64,000 nucleotides of DNA from Anolis carolinensis. Its lineage: Eukaryota. The notes below the pieces were generated by a model. The model was not told where the DNA came from, made no database searches, and worked only from the letters and a program-made list of their open reading frames with translations. The stretch is from NCBI RefSeq assembly GCF_035594765.1, contig NC_085841.1:287689402-287753401 (forward strand), given 5' to 3'. Every line of letters starts with the position of its first letter. The first letter of the stretch is position 1. This document shows positions 27,501 to 42,149 of the stretch, piece after piece. Position numbers and translations under genes: made by a program.

Positions 27501-30500
27501 AGTATTTTGAGTTGGAAAAGAGCAATGGCAACAGTTAGCCCATGTCTGTGTGCCACCTACAGATCAGTTAACTGCTCACTACTTTTACAACATGACCTAT
27601 ATAGCTTTAAACTGTGTGCTTTTCTTGTTATGCAGACTATTTAGTTATTTAATAGGCAGTTCAATTTCACTTTCAATTCAGATGCAGTGGTGGTAGTCAT
27701 GCAACTATAAACAGCAGCTTTAAGGAAGGGCTAATAAAAATAGCAGTATTAGCCTTCTGTGACAAGGAAAGTCAAGCTGCAGTCTGTGCTTTGTCTTTGA
27801 CTTCCATAGATGATGGCAGAAACAGTAGCTCCAGTTATACATTGACTGATTCTTTAAGCTCGCATTTTGTGAAACAAGTCTTGTTATGTCAAGGTCCTGC
27901 ACTGGAGATCTCACCTCACACAATATGGAATGTTCACACTGATGTGTTATGTACACATATATCATTATTGGTGTTTTTGTTGTTGTTACTATCATCACTA
28001 TTACTACAGTATAACCCCCTGTAGCAGATACATTCCTGAATTGATTCGAGTTTAGCATTTGGCTGAATTTCATGCTGAGAGGGTGGGTAAAAGTGTGATT
28101 GTCCAGAGCAGTTTGTAGGGCAAAAGGAGTTGAGTCCCACCCATGAGAAAAAGTGGGATAAAAATAAATATACATACATAAATAATAAAGGAGTTACTGG
28201 TAAGTGAGCAGTTGGATCAGAGGGGAAATGGGTTTGAATTATGGCTGTGTCTTCATGGTAGGAAAGGGAGTGAGGGGTCATGGCTATTGATGCAAAAAGA
28301 CTGTGTAGCTTGTATGTTTGGGGCAGGGCTTCTGATATTTAATTTTTCCGCCTTCATGGGCATTCTGCAACCCTAGCTTCCATGAATGTACAGGGTTGAC
28401 TGTATATACTCATGTATACGTCTAAACATTTTAGTAAAAAAATCAACTTAAACAACCTGGGTAGACTTATCGGTGAGTCAATGTGTTAACTCCTAGCAAA
28501 AAGGGGGCCATTCCTTTCTCTGATTAGAGCGGTGAAAGGTGAGTGATTAGTCCATTCCAAATTAATCTAAAAGAAGCACCATTGAACTCTACCCTTTCAG
28601 TGCTCCTGTGGAAATTTGAAGTTGCAGATAATAGCAAAGTCATTGAAATGAATGACTTCTAGCAGAAGTTGATCATAAAGTCATTCTGAAAGACCTAGAA
28701 TACATATAGGGAGACCTCTCTAGCATTTCTAGGTCTCCATCACATCTTTATGGTCAAAGCACACACAGAAATATACTGGAGGACCTAGAAAATTATCTCA
28801 GTGATCCCTTGAAAGGAAGCACTACAGAGACGTTGCTGCCATTTTCAAACCCCACAATTCAAAATGACCACGACTGGCACTGTGGTAGAGATCCTAAGGC
28901 AAATCTATCACTATGTTTTCTTGGCAAAATTTGTTCAGAGGAGGTATGTCTTTGCCTTCCTCCAAAGCTGAGACACTGGCCCAGGATCATCCAATGAGTT
29001 TCCATGTTCCCTGAATCCCAAGGTTGTAGTTCAATGCTCAAACCACTAAACACAATAGGGTCTCATTTCCAATCATAGAGTGTATTTAATGCCTCAGCAA
29101 AATACATACTCTGGGATATTGTCATAGCAGCTAAAATAGGATCATATCAGTGTTTAGTATGAAGGAGCCCTTCAAGAAAATATTCCGAAAAATGTTGCAC
29201 ACCCTAAATTTCCAATAGCTTAAAACTGTCTACATGTTATTAGCTTTTTAAAAAGGAACTAAATGTTAAAGAGGCAAAGCTCTTGACACTGATATACAAC
29301 AGCTCAGAGATTTCCTTTTACAGAGTTACATTTTTAACTTTATAATAAGTTACAAGGAAGAATTAAATATTAACAAAAGGGAAGCAATGGGAATTTTACC
29401 TCTAACAGCAAAAAGGGAATACTAGATTATATTGTGGTATGTATATTGCTTCCCTTTTAAGGAGAATTTCCTGTTAAGAACTAAACAATAAGATGCTCAG
29501 GGAACAAGCTACCAAATTACACCATTACACACCTAATAAATTTAAAATAACTGTTATTAGTATAATGTTTATAATAATATTCAGAGATATTTAAGATACA
29601 ATTTCCAGTTTGACTTCTCTATGGATACAAAAAACAAAAATACCAATTCTATCTTGTAAATATTTCTATTTCCCCTCTTTATGGTTACAATGTTTACATT
29701 GAGGAACACGGGGTTTTCAGTTAAACCACTGAAACAAATTTTCTGTGAAAGGAAATAAGAAGATCCCGCTGAGCATTCAGATGGAAGGATAGGAAGTGCT
29801 TGTTCCTTATAAACAATTAAAATAGTCAGCAAAAAAAATGTAAAAGCTGTGAAACTTACAAAGAGGCTCAGAAATAGAATCAATTATATGTGTCTGCCCT
29901 GCAGACAGTCAGTAAAATATTCAGGCATACATAGAGCAAACAAAGCCACTTGTCAACTTTCATCATTATCAATAAAAACTGGCAGCTTATTATCATATCA
30001 TTAGCTATCCTGCTGTTTCCAAAATGTTAATGTGGAGAAATATTAATTTACAAATGCATAATATCCCTCAGTTCTTAGATTCTAGCTGTCTATATCAAAT
30101 AAAAATTTAAAATGGGCAAATTTTAAAACCAGTGTAGCTACTACTACTTCTCGGTGTGTGCTATGGGCCCATAAACATATGTTTACCATCTGTAGGATTA
30201 TGAGAAGCAGCTGAGGTTCAAAAAACTAACAGATGTAGAATAAATAATGCCATCAATTTCACTTTACAGTGTCGGTTCTGCTGTTAAGGAAATAAATATC
30301 AGGTAAGAAGGTCTGTACTCTACCTTGTTTAAACTAAAGAAGGAGAATTGATCCTACAGACCCCACTACCCAGGAAAAAACCACCAATGGAAATAAAGAA
30401 GACTGTAAGACTGAGGAAGCACCCTGGAGTACTGCTCCCATCAGGAACTATCTATCCACAAGGTATTTGAAGCTGCTCCAACTAAGCAGACTCTTTCTAC

Positions 30501-30559
30501 ATCTTCTAAGGAAAATAGTGATTAAGAGGAAAACAAGAGACAGTAGCAAGAAACACTAC

Positions 30560-30873
30560 ATAAGTATAAGACGAGGGTGGGAAATGCAGCAGCTACGGGT
30601 CAAATTCAAAAATAAAAATAGATATCAATAAAATTACATTATTTGAGGCATCAGTAGATTAAATGTTTTTGAATATTTATATAAAATTGTAATTTAAGAT
30701 AATAATAAGACTTTAATAAGATAAGACTGTCCAACTCCGAATACCTATATACTCAAGTATAAGCCGACCTAAATAGAAGCCGGCCAGGACCCTCACTCGA
30801 GTATAAGCTGAGGGGAGCTTTTTCAGCCCTAAAAAAGGGCTGAAAAACTAGGCTTATACTCGAGTATATACAG
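30560..30873. mobile_element. Tc1/mariner-superfamily MITE, same family as 61893-63294
   Basis: Repeated tactcgagtataagc; ends ggcttatactcgagtatatacag followed by TA. Confidence 0.75.
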
Positions 30874-30894
30874 TAATAGTCCCTGTGTTGGCCT

Positions 30895-31305
30895 GGTCTC
30901 ATCAGTTCAGGGCACTTCAGTTTCAGAACATAAAGACAAATTGGAAAGGTTTAAAGAAGAATGATAAGAGGTATGAAGAACTCAATGGGAACAAAATTTT
31001 GGGCATATTTAGTTCAGAAGAGAAGACTGAGGGGTGACATGATTGCTCTGTCTAAATGTTCAATGATTGTCAAGAGATGAGAGAGCAGGCCTGATTTTTC
31101 TGTAAGTTTCAGGAATGTAGATATCAACTGAATGTTGAAAGGAAATTCTTTACAGTGAGCGCAGTTCAGCAATAGAAGCAACTGCCTATAGAAGTGATGG
31201 AATCTTCTTTGGCAGCTACCACTTGGGGATACTGTAGCTGGATTTCCTGCATCAAACAGTAGGTTGGATCTATTGCCTCCCAGACCCCTTTCAACTCTAT
31301 GATAG
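30895..31305 (+). mobile_element. CR1 LINE 3' end
   Basis: agaagagaagactgaggggtgacatgat ... cccctttcaactctatgat tail. Confidence 0.8.
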
Positions 31306-31713
31306 TATCTTTAAAAAAACAAGGAGGGAGAGACATTATATCAGAACATAATAATATTCTTATATATTGGAAAACTTAGGCAGTTCTATATTTGTTATTA
31401 TAATTTTATTAGCTCTTGCAATATTATCCTAAAGCAGCATCTTTAATTGTCTGAACTACTGAATAATTTGAAGTGCAGTATTTTAATCTCACAAAAGAAA
31501 AGGTACTCACACTAAAATACTGCTGAAACTCTTTATTCAAGGATGAGCAAGGAATCAGACTTTCAGAGAATCAAAAAGTATTCTCTAATCAGCATTTTTG
31601 CCATGCACACCATCAAATCATATGTTGGAAAAAGAGAAATTCACCACAAGAGATGCTTATGGAGCTGGCTGCTGTGCACTTCCAGTCTGATGCAAGGTGC
31701 TTGTGGTAGCCTT

Positions 31714-32390
31714 TAGGAGTGTGCAATTCAGCACAAAACCATGCTGTTTTTTAGTCCATTTTCAGTGAACCCCTCATTTTGTTTACTGAGAAATTGGGTA
31801 GAGGGGGTGCCGTTTTCATTCAGGAAAGATTTGACCCATTGGCTACAATGGGGAAAATTTAGAGGCTTGTTTCTCAGTCATTTTTAGGCCTATTTGCATG
31901 AAACCTACCTCAGTTGTAGACCACATTTACAACTGCAGGCCTGCCAAGTTTCATAACAAATCACTAATCATCTAATATTTTAGAATTATTTTAAGTTTTT
32001 ACCATAACATTTTTAAAAATATGACAAACCAGAAGACAGGGTTCTGGGAATTCTAGTCGCCGGTTGTGTCCATTCTCAGCCAATCAGAGCATGGACACAA
32101 CTAGGCCTTTTATTGGCTGAGAAACAGAGAGAGAGAAACTCCAACTCCCATCATGCTCCGGGGGGATCTCAGAGGTTTTCCAATGCCTGCCCCACACAAG
32201 TGCTGATGGGAAAGTCAGTTCCCAGCAGGGCCCTCTCTGGACGAGGGGCTTAGGGAAGTTTTCCAGAAGAAAAGGATGCTGCTGCTGGCAGAAGAAAGAA
32301 GAGAAGCAGCCCCATGGCTGGCCTCTTTCTCAGGTACAGTGCAGTTAGCCCCATCATCTCCAGCCCAAAAAGTCCAGCCCCTCCCATATT
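31714..32390. mobile_element. Truncated relative of the 41306-42146 hAT-like element
   Basis: Starts TAGGAGTGTGC; shares gtcatttttaggcctat and ggttctgggaatt...tggctgagaaa blocks; right end approximate. Confidence 0.55.
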
Positions 32391-33388
32391 GTCTTCGGTA
32401 AAATATAAATTCTATCATTCTGGAATAAAAACAATAAAAATTAAGAGTGTGGATTTTTAAAAATGTTGGTGGGTGAGACTGTAAAAGAGCTTTACTTTTT
32501 ACTAGTATATAAACTTGAAATTAATTGGGCAGAATGCCCTCCCTTCAAGACTGTTGCATCAGATGCAACTTACTCTGAGCTTAAAAGGATCACTACCATG
32601 AAACTGTGTTCTTGTTTGCTTATGCTGATACAGGTGTGGACATGGGGTTGCTTTATGACCATGTAGGGAGGTAAATAGGATTTTATATGTATAAGCCCAA
32701 CTTCTAGCATCTTTCAGTAACCTATCCTTGCAAAATCTCATAGAAAAAAACCCTAAATAAAATAAATCTAACTTGAGAGTAAACAAATAGGAAATTTCAA
32801 CTGATTCATAGTTTTTATAAAGTATGGCTCCTATATCTGCTGGAATACATATACTCAAAACTGTAGATAATATTGACCCCTATTATATTAAGGACTTTCA
32901 GCCCAAGAATACTATAAAGCAACACTGTAGGGCCTAGAAAACAACTAGAGGGAACTTATTCAGTTAGATTTAGATAAATGAAATGTTCTCCAGATACAGG
33001 GTTGCACTGTAGCATTTCATACCCATAATAAATCAGAGACTACAGAAAGCATTAAACAACAACCCCACACTGGAATCCTAGATAGGGGTGCTGAACTATA
33101 GTTCTTATTATTCCAAACCGTAAACCATGAGGATTGTAATACAACTCATCTGGAGATGCCAGATTGAGGCAGGCTACTATAGGATTCTATAGACAATTGG
33201 TTTCATGTTCCAATATAAAGATATATCTTATGTAGAAAGCACTAAACAGAATCAGTACAAATTGAAGCATGCACAAACAATTATAACCATGAAGTATCAT
33301 CTTCCTATAAACACAAATGGATAGGTATTTGTAGAAAATGCATTACTACATTGTACTTTATTTATTTATTTCTATCTTGAATATTTAC

Positions 33389-33485
33389 CTTAAAGAATCC
33401 ATGTTTCCTGTTACGTTGTCCTAGCCATAAATTGCTTCCTGGTGTCAAATTAGTTTCTGGAGGGTCTATAACACGTTCATAAATC
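33389..33485 (-). CDS. NELL1: NELL1 coding exon (equivalent to human exon 5), TSPN/LamG domain
   Basis: 97 bp, cacag acceptor, gtaaat donor; translates (R)IYERVIDPPETNLTPGSNLWLGQRNRKHGFFK, matching recalled human NELL1 RIYERVIDPPDTNLPPGINLWLGQRNQKHGLFK. Confidence 0.95.
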
Positions 33486-34279
33486 CTGTGAAATAAAGTG
33501 GCATTTTAGCCAAACAGTGATCATTTTATTTCCTCTTTAAATATCTGTAAATTTAAAATTTAAAATATAAAACTGACATATCAAAAACAGACACAAGTTT
33601 CTTAAGGCAAATATAACCATGCATAGCTTGTTCTACTAATTTTGCACCTAAAAAATGGGAACCCAAGATGCCTCAAACTTTTAGATACAGCTAAATATAG
33701 TATGATATAGACAACTTACAATCCAATAAGTTGAGTTTTTAAAAAGAGATATTTCATACTATATCTATTCACCTGAAATAAAATTAGACTGTAAGAGTTA
33801 ACATATTCATAGTGCCTGTAAAAAGCTATTATTGAAATTTTATCCCTAAGATAAGAAACAATGACTTCAATAGCAGGATATATATTTAAAATTGAGCAGA
33901 ATAGTAGTCTCAACCCTGCTGACAACAATAATGTAGGATCTACAGATGGGACAGGGACAAGGTAGACTGCTACTATAAGCCTCCATGAATAGAAAATGCC
34001 ACATGGGTCAGATTTTGGATCAACCCCATAACACTTGCTGCTGTATTTTAATGTTCCTGTGTTACAGGGGCTTCCAAAACTTGAAAAGGAGCACTAAGGA
34101 ATCACTATTACACATTCAGATGGACAAAATAAATATAGGGTACTTTCATTTAGATATAAAAAAACATTATTTGAGTCAGTTAGAATGAAAAACACACACT
34201 ACAAGCCGACATTTAGGATTTTACATTATGATTCTGTGGAGTTTATCTCTATAATGTCATGGTGAGTCACAATTAAAAA

Positions 34280-34700
34280 AATTATTAATACCTCAGGAGA
34301 GAAGGATGAAATCAGAATTAAAGAAACCCTTGAAAATGCTAAGGCAATTGCAGAGAAGCTAAATGAAATCCTTTCCCTCTGTTTTCACATCTGAAAAAAA
34401 TACAGCATATACTCATGACTGAACCAATGTTTCTAAAAGAGGCTGAGCTTAGGCAAGGAGTCATGAAAACAGAATAGATTCTAAATTCTAACAAAGATCA
34501 AACAAGTCACTGGGTCATAATGATATCCACCTGAAAGATCCTAAATCATTCAAAAGAAAAAAATATTGATATAACTAAAATATGTAATATTTCTCTAAAA
34601 TCAGCCTCTGTATCAGAGGGCTCAGGAATGGTCAAATTAATTCCATTTTCTTTGCAGCTAAACCACTGGGAGTCTGGGTGAATTGCAAGTTCATTCAGAC
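34280..34700 (+). mobile_element. CR1 ORF2 internal fragment
   Basis: AIAEKLNE and degraded KSPGPDGIHP-like stretch (aacaagtcactgggtcataatgatatccacc). Confidence 0.55.
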
Positions 34701-37383
34701 ATATCGGGGAGCATCAGTTAAAGAGTGCATACCCTGGGCCACCAGTAAGCAGTGAGATGGCAATCTGCTCTGTATCCACACCTTTCTAGAGTTTTTCCCT
34801 ATCCTGGTGGCAGTCGCCTTGTGGACAGATCTGTTCAGGGACTAGAATATGCATTTCTGGTGCAATTACCAGGTGGTGGTCAGGGCAATCAAATCATTTT
34901 TTTAAAAAAAAATCTGATAGGATTAGGAGGTTAGTGTTGACATGCTTGGCCACTAACATTAGCATGGTATATTACAGGTCTGAACAATGAAGGAGCAGAT
35001 GTGTTGTCCCATTTCCAGTAGGACAGGAATTTTCCTCACTGTTCATGAACTGAGTGCTGTGGCTTTTAACTTGGAACATGTTTTGATGGATTTTAACTAT
35101 GAATTTGAATGGAGTACGTTAACATTTCATCTGCTTTCCAGCTTGCTTTCTAATATATTCAGGCCTAGACTTGCCAAAACTAATCACTGGTTTTATGTTA
35201 AACTTTGTCATTTGTTTGGAAGCACAGAGATTTTTAAGACGCTGGAATGCTATCTGATTAGTAAGGATGTTTTAAAAGAAAATCACTGCTTAGCTGTAAC
35301 AAGTAACATAAGCCAGGTATAAAAGAATATATTTTCCCAAATAGATTCTGATGAGAGAAGGAAGCAGATAAAATAATGCAGATTTTAAAAAGATTAGGAA
35401 ATGAGGAAATCCAATATTGTATAATGTTTTTATTCAAAAACATATACTTTAGAAACATTAACTAAGATCAAAAAAGTCATTCAAATAATTATGGAGAGTC
35501 ACTGCTTCCCTGTAATAAATTCTAATTCTTCAGACTACTATGATAAAAACATATTCAAAGTTGCAACTATTAAAATTGTTATGAGTTCTCGCCCTTGCTC
35601 CATAATAATCTGTTGTATTCCCCCCCCCTCCCCCGGAACTAATTTAATCTTTTGGAGCAATAAAACCAATTTTAATTCTCCAAACTTGCATTTCGGAGAA
35701 CAAAAAAAGATGGAAAATATATTATCTCTATCAATATTTTCAAATATAAGTACTTCATTTTGTCAGCAACAAAAGAACAACTAAACATTATTCAAATAAA
35801 GTACTATTTTAAGTGCCTGAACAAGACCTTTGACATAATAATTGAAAATGCAACCCACTGAACAAGGGACTGAGATTAGACATTCCATTCTGGTTAGAGA
35901 GTGCATATATTTTTATTAATGACTTAATATTCTTTCTAAAAGATGTTGCACCTTTTGACACTATTGGCCAATATTCCACAAAGAATTCCATCTTCTGTTA
36001 AAAGTTAAAGCCCTGAAGCTAAAACAAAGAAATATACTGCTCTCACAACACTATTTACAAGGGAGTATTGGATTTTTAGTTATTTGACCGAGCAAGGCTC
36101 TATAGGGACTACACAATATCTGCCTCCAATGACATAAGAAGAATGAATTTTTCAATGTAAAAGCACACAAATCGACATGTATTATGCTGCAGCTCAATAC
36201 TGCAATATAAGGAAGACAAATGAGGCACAAGCCCAAATGGGTTCTCTCTGGCTTTGTTGGGAATCAAACAAAGACACTGACCTCTTCGGAAGAAACATGC
36301 TACTACCCCTCTTTCCTGGCATCCTTTCAGAAAAAAATCCCATTCATAAATTAATAGGAAGCACCAAAGGATTCTTTTTTTCCCCTCTAAGGCCTTGTCT
36401 ACACCAACTGCATAATCCAGGACCAAGGTGGAGCATTATATAATAATAATATTATAATAACTTTATTTTTATATCCTGCCTCCATCTACCCGAAGGGACT
36501 CGGGACGGCTCACATGGGGACAAGCCCGATCAACACAGTTAAAATATAGCATCGGATTCATTAAAAAAAACATAATAATAAAACAAAATAGGCAACACAC
36601 AAAATAAAATATATTCTACACCGGCCCTGGAATGATGCCCTGCACTGGCCTTGGAATGATGGTACTGGCAGCCAAAACCGAACCCTCTGCAGTGCTGTGT
36701 TGTTGGGACAGAAATGCACCCGTCTCACTGGGCTATTTTTTTGCCATCTGTGTCTCCACCACCACTCCTCATAGAGTTCCCTGGCCATCACCTGTCACAT
36801 CTGATGAGGTTATAATGCAATCAGCAAGGAGAGAGCAGAATGATCCCCTCTTTCTTGCTGATCATGTAGAAGCCTCATCCTGACATTTGGTGATGCAATG
36901 GCTAGGAACTTGCAAGGACTTCTAGAGGTTGGAAGGATTGGTGCTGGCAACATACAAATGACCTCTCCCTTTCTCTGTATTGATCAGTGGTGGTGGTGGT
37001 GGTGTGTATATAAAAAAATGGGTTGAAACAGATTCTACCCAGCTGTCAGATAACTAAAAAAAATGTACATATATTCTAGGATTTCCTTCAATTTCTGGAA
37101 TATCCTTTGGTTTTATATCTGTGTGTCATTCTTCTCTTATTCCCTTTCTGAAGCATCTAAATATTTTTTTTCAAATCAACCATATGTATTAAATTATTTA
37201 AATACATTTCTGTTCCTTTTTCCTTTATTCAGTAAGTGATATTTAGAATATCACAGATGTTGATTGTGATATTCTAACTTAACTATCCTATAATTAACTC
37301 TTTAAGAGCAACAGAGAAATGCTATGCACTGGCCGTTGACAGTAGTAGATCTTATAAAACATGGTGGTGGTTATACTGATCTA

Positions 37384-38461
37384 TAGGCTTGTGCAATTTG
37401 TTCGTATGTTCGTTAAATTTGGATCTAATTTGGATCTAAAGCACTTTTGAAGTGAGTTCTGACCACCTGCTCACTGCCTTCCTAATCTTAAGAATTTGAA
37501 TCAAAAGAAGCCTTCAATTCTTAAGTCTCTGATGTCTTCAGATGTAGCTGTGACCAAGCCCCACTAAGCAGTGAAGCCAAACATCAGGGCTGATGGCGGA
37601 GCAAAGGGGAGGTGGAGGCATCATTCTTGTAGTCTTTTTTTAAAAAAAATGTTGTTTTAAAAACTCTGAAAATTCCCAAAAAATCAGTGGATGATGAAAC
37701 ATTACAAAATGTGATAGGCCAAGAGTGATAAATATTTTCTACCACTGTAGCAAGTTTCACCCCAATAGCTTTAAAAATGAGAGAGAAAGGAGCCTCTGAA
37801 TTTTCCCCATTTATAGTAATTTAATTGGAAACGAGGAGACGCCACATGCCTGCACTGAACTACATTTCCCAGAATGCATTGGGCTGGAGGAGCTATCTGT
37901 GGCATTGAGAGACAGTCTATTTATTATAATATATAGTATCATGGAATCTGCAAAAAGGAGTTAAGGAAATAATTTTATATAAACCTGTGCAAAGTTATGT
38001 GGTTGTGTGTCAATATGAGGGAAGCTAAACCTGTGCCTCTCAGCCAATCAAGGCTGACAGAGGAGGGATGGGGAGACAGAGAGGATCTTTCAAAAAAGAG
38101 GTTTTAAAAAGCTTTAATAATTCCCTAAAATTCCATGGATAAGCGAAACATTATGAAACTTGATGGGCAAAGTGTAGTAAATTTGTCCTACTACTGTAGC
38201 ACGTTACACCCCAATAGCTTTAAAAATAAGGGAGATAGCAGCCCCTGAAGATTCCCCAATAGTAACAGAGGAGCCATATGCCTGCTTTGAAACTACATTT
38301 CCCAGATGTCCCAGTTCCTCTCTCCTCTTAACATTCCCCACCCCCTTTTGTCCTCACTCTTTCCTTATTAATAACATTGACCATCTTGATCAAACTTGGA
38401 TATTGCTTAGCCATAGGTGTCCTGGTTTTCATCTTTGAATTCTTGGAGGGTATGAGAAGTT

Positions 38462-38503
<42 letters not shown>

Positions 38504-39355
38504 ACATGGTGTAGTGTTGTGGTTTGAGAGTTGGACTATGATTGTGGCTTGATTCTCCACTCAGTCATGGAAACCCACTGGGTGATCTCGGGCAAATCAC
38601 ACACTCTCAGCCCCAGAAAACCCAATCAAACAGAAAATAACACTTTCAAACCAGGAACAGATTTCCTTATTTAGAGGCTGATGGCCATCTGTCAGGAGTG
38701 GTTTGATGGTGTGCTGTGATTTCTGTTCCTGGTTGATAAATGTCATTTCCTGTTGGATCTGTCATTAAAACATTGCAAAACTTTATTACACTGCGAAAAC
38801 TTTGTCTTTGCACAAAGGACATCGTCCTATAAATAGAACATTATGGTTTCTTGAGTCTCTCTCCAAAAATTTAACAAAGTTTCAGCCACAAAAACAATGT
38901 TTCTGAAGTGCAACAATGACTTTCAAAGTAAAGACAGCCCCATAAAACAGGAAATAACACTTTCAAACCAGGAACAGATTTTTGTTATTATTTTTAAAAA
39001 GTTTTTTTAATAAAAATTTTGAAATTTTGCCAAAAAAACTGAGGATAAGGGAAATGTTCTGAAATTTGGCGAGCTAACAGTGGTAAATGTGTTCTGCCAC
39101 TGTAGTACGTTTCATCAGTATAGCTCAAAACATGAGGAAGAGAGAACCTCCTCAAGTTTCCCAATTGACAGTAATGTTTTCATTCATGCGCATGCGCGTC
39201 CGCCATTAACAAGGTACATACAATGATTCAGAAGTTTCAGAAAGTTTCAAACTTTTTGCCTTCAAAATTTGGAAATGACTTTAGAAACAAAGCACCAGCG
39301 CCCCCTACTTTCGAATAGAGTTTAGAACCATTTTTTTCTGGATCGCACATACCTA
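37384..39355. mobile_element. Non-autonomous hAT DNA transposon (about 2 kb)
   Basis: Imperfect TIRs TAGGCTTGTGC / GCACATACCTA; perfect 8-bp TSD CTGATCTA at 37376-37383 and 39356-39363; internal direct and inverted repeats. Confidence 0.85.
38463..38500. repeat. (AG)n microsatellite
   Basis: Direct reading. Confidence 0.95.
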
Positions 39356-41305
39356 CTGATCTAGTATGTTGAGCCTAATAATATATGCAAGATATGCACT
39401 CATATGCACCAATAGTATATAGAAAATTTATTATTCCTTCTATAAATGCATTAGCATTGTTTACCAGTTGCTATCTCAATGCTGGTGATCTGCAACTGCT
39501 CATTTTATCCATTAAAAGTTTCCAGAAGCTATGGCAAAGATAGCATGTTGTGTCCTTGTAAAGGATCTAAAACTCAGTCACTGGGGTGTCCATAGCAATT
39601 ATTTAAGGTGGCCAAAGCTAACCCTAAAATAGTAGTTCAGCTATCATTACAAAACAGCTCCATGTGTTGTTATTTAGAGATTTAAGACTGTCCATGTATA
39701 TAAAATGTCACATTGTATAAACTAGCTATAAAAGTTTCCTTTCTTAGCTAAAAAGAAGCAAACAAAGGAAGCAGTTTATGTGTATGTGTTCTTAGGTACT
39801 TCTAATGTTGCCATTTTATATTCTTATTGTATCGCATCTATTTTATTTTATTTTAGCTGTTGTAAATTAATTTAGAAAATTTAAAATAAATGAAATATTT
39901 TTAAAACAAAAACAAAAAAAGAGGCTAACACCGGTAGCAGTGAAAGTGGGTTTTCAAAAAATGAATATATGCATCGTTCTTGCCAGCTTTATAGGACTTA
40001 TTCCTACTATAAAAAGGGTCAGCAGTAAAATTTATAAATGACATAATTCTGTCAAATATTTCTCCCTAAACAATCCCCTAAACTAAGGGGGTGATATCAA
40101 TTGCATTAAACACGACACTAAACTCTTTATATATTTAATACTGAAATACACCAAAACCAAAAATCCACAAAAGAACAATACCTTTATTGGCCAACCACAA
40201 TGCATTCACTGGCTTCTTCAGTGACTATATGGGAAGTAGGGGTAAAAGCCAAATGCAGGTAATAAAATTGCAACTCCATTAGCAAAACAAAAGTAACTTC
40301 TGTTGAGAACCAGGCTGTCCCTGTCCTCCACTTAATTCCTATTAGCTTGACTTTTAATGGAAATTGTATTTTTGTCGCAACTGGAAACTGTAGCCCTAGA
40401 ATAACAGTGTGACTCATTCAATATTTTTGAATTAGCATTTAATTGGTTCAATGCTTACTTGGTTAGAAACTTTTTTGCACACAAATGCACCTGGCAGGTC
40501 CACTTTTTCACATGTTACAATTATATTATTAACTTCGAGGGACATATAATGGTTTAATTGATGCTTTCATGTTTTTGCATTCTGTGAGTTATGGAAACAA
40601 GAGCATGCAGCAATAAAACAGAGCTATAGATATACAGAATGCCTCCCTCCAACCATACCCTATAATTTGCCCTTTGTAGATTTGGCAAAATTGACTTGCC
40701 TGCAATGATAGAGCAAGAGATATTTTTTAAATACAATAAATCTGGTTTATACCTAATTTCCATGGTTGGTCTGATTTATAAAGTCTTGGGACTAATTAAC
40801 TTGCAGTAGCAGAGAATTTGTTCCTACTTTACTTCCAGGGACATCCAGTCCTTATTGTGGGGTAAACTAGGTTAACCAGCTTAGCTCTATGCTGAGAAAA
40901 GTTGAGTAATGCTCTGGAGTTTAGTTGAAACTCCAGAGCAGCATTCCTCTTTTGATACAGCTTTGATAGCACAACCATGTCTGATGCAGACTGGTCTGCT
41001 GTCCACATAGGCTGCTGCCAATCTTTTTTCCTTCATTCATTGGCACAGAGGAAGCAGGATGACTTGGATCTGTGTCACTGCTTTAAATGGCCACATAGCT
41101 CCAGAAAAGCTGCTGGCCATCATGGGTGCCCCATGTTTTCACATCAGAAAACGTGACGAACAACCAGGAGGTCAGTGGCAGTCCAGCTGCAGTAACAGCA
41201 ACAGGGAATGTTCCAGTGGAGCAAAACCGATTTCCACCAGGAATGGATCATGGACTGACACTGCCTCAGGTTAAACATGGAGTATCTCCAGCGTCAGTTC
41301 AGGGC

Positions 41306-42146
41306 TAGGGGTGTGCCAGCTGGCAAAAACCCATGCCATTTCCGGTGTCCGGTTTCTCTGTTCCATTTTTAGGGAGCTTCCCAAATTCAGGAGCAGCTTC
41401 CGTTTTCATGCCAAAAAGATACGATCCACTGCCGCCAATGAGAAAAAATTTTAAAGGCTCATTTCTCTGTCATTTTTAGGCCTATCAGCACGAAACGAAA
41501 CTCACCTCACTTTACTTTGCAATCCTACCAACTTTCAGAACATTTCACCAATCGACTATTTTTTGGAAATTTTAAAAAATTTTAGCATAACATTTTGAAA
41601 AAAAAAAACAAGAGGGGTTCTGGGAATTGAAGTCCCAAGTGCACACCACAAGAGAGGAGGAAAGTGGACACAGTCAACCAGGCCTCTGCTTGGCTGAGAA
41701 AGAAAGGGAGAAACACACACAGAAGAAAACCTCAACTCCTATAATGCCTTGGGAGGGCGCACAAAGCTCCTTCAATGCTTACATAGCACAAATTGCTACT
41801 GGAAAAGCAAGTTCTCATTTGCCTCAAGTGGGGGTGGGGGGAGGGCCTTTGGGAAGGGATGGAGAAGCCTGCTGGGGAAGAAAGTAAAAGAGGAGCAGCA
41901 GCTTTCTTGATAAGCAAGGCTTCCCTGCCCACATATTGCTGTGTCTCCCTCAGGGAGAGTTAGCACCACTCGCTCAGCCCCATTGGTCCCTATTAGGCCC
42001 CATTAGCCAAAAAGATCTGGCTGCTGTGATCTGCTCCAGCTAAAGCTTGAGCTGCCCCTTGCCTGGCTCGTTTTCATGGATTCGGTAGTCAAATCCTCTA
42101 AACCATTCGGAGCCCATTTATAAAAGCAGAAATGTGCACAGCCCTA
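41306..42146. mobile_element. Non-autonomous hAT-like element
   Basis: TIRs TAGGGGTGTGC / GCACAGCCCTA; degenerate 8-bp TSD ttcagggc/ttctggac. Confidence 0.65.
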
Positions 42147-42149
42147 TTC

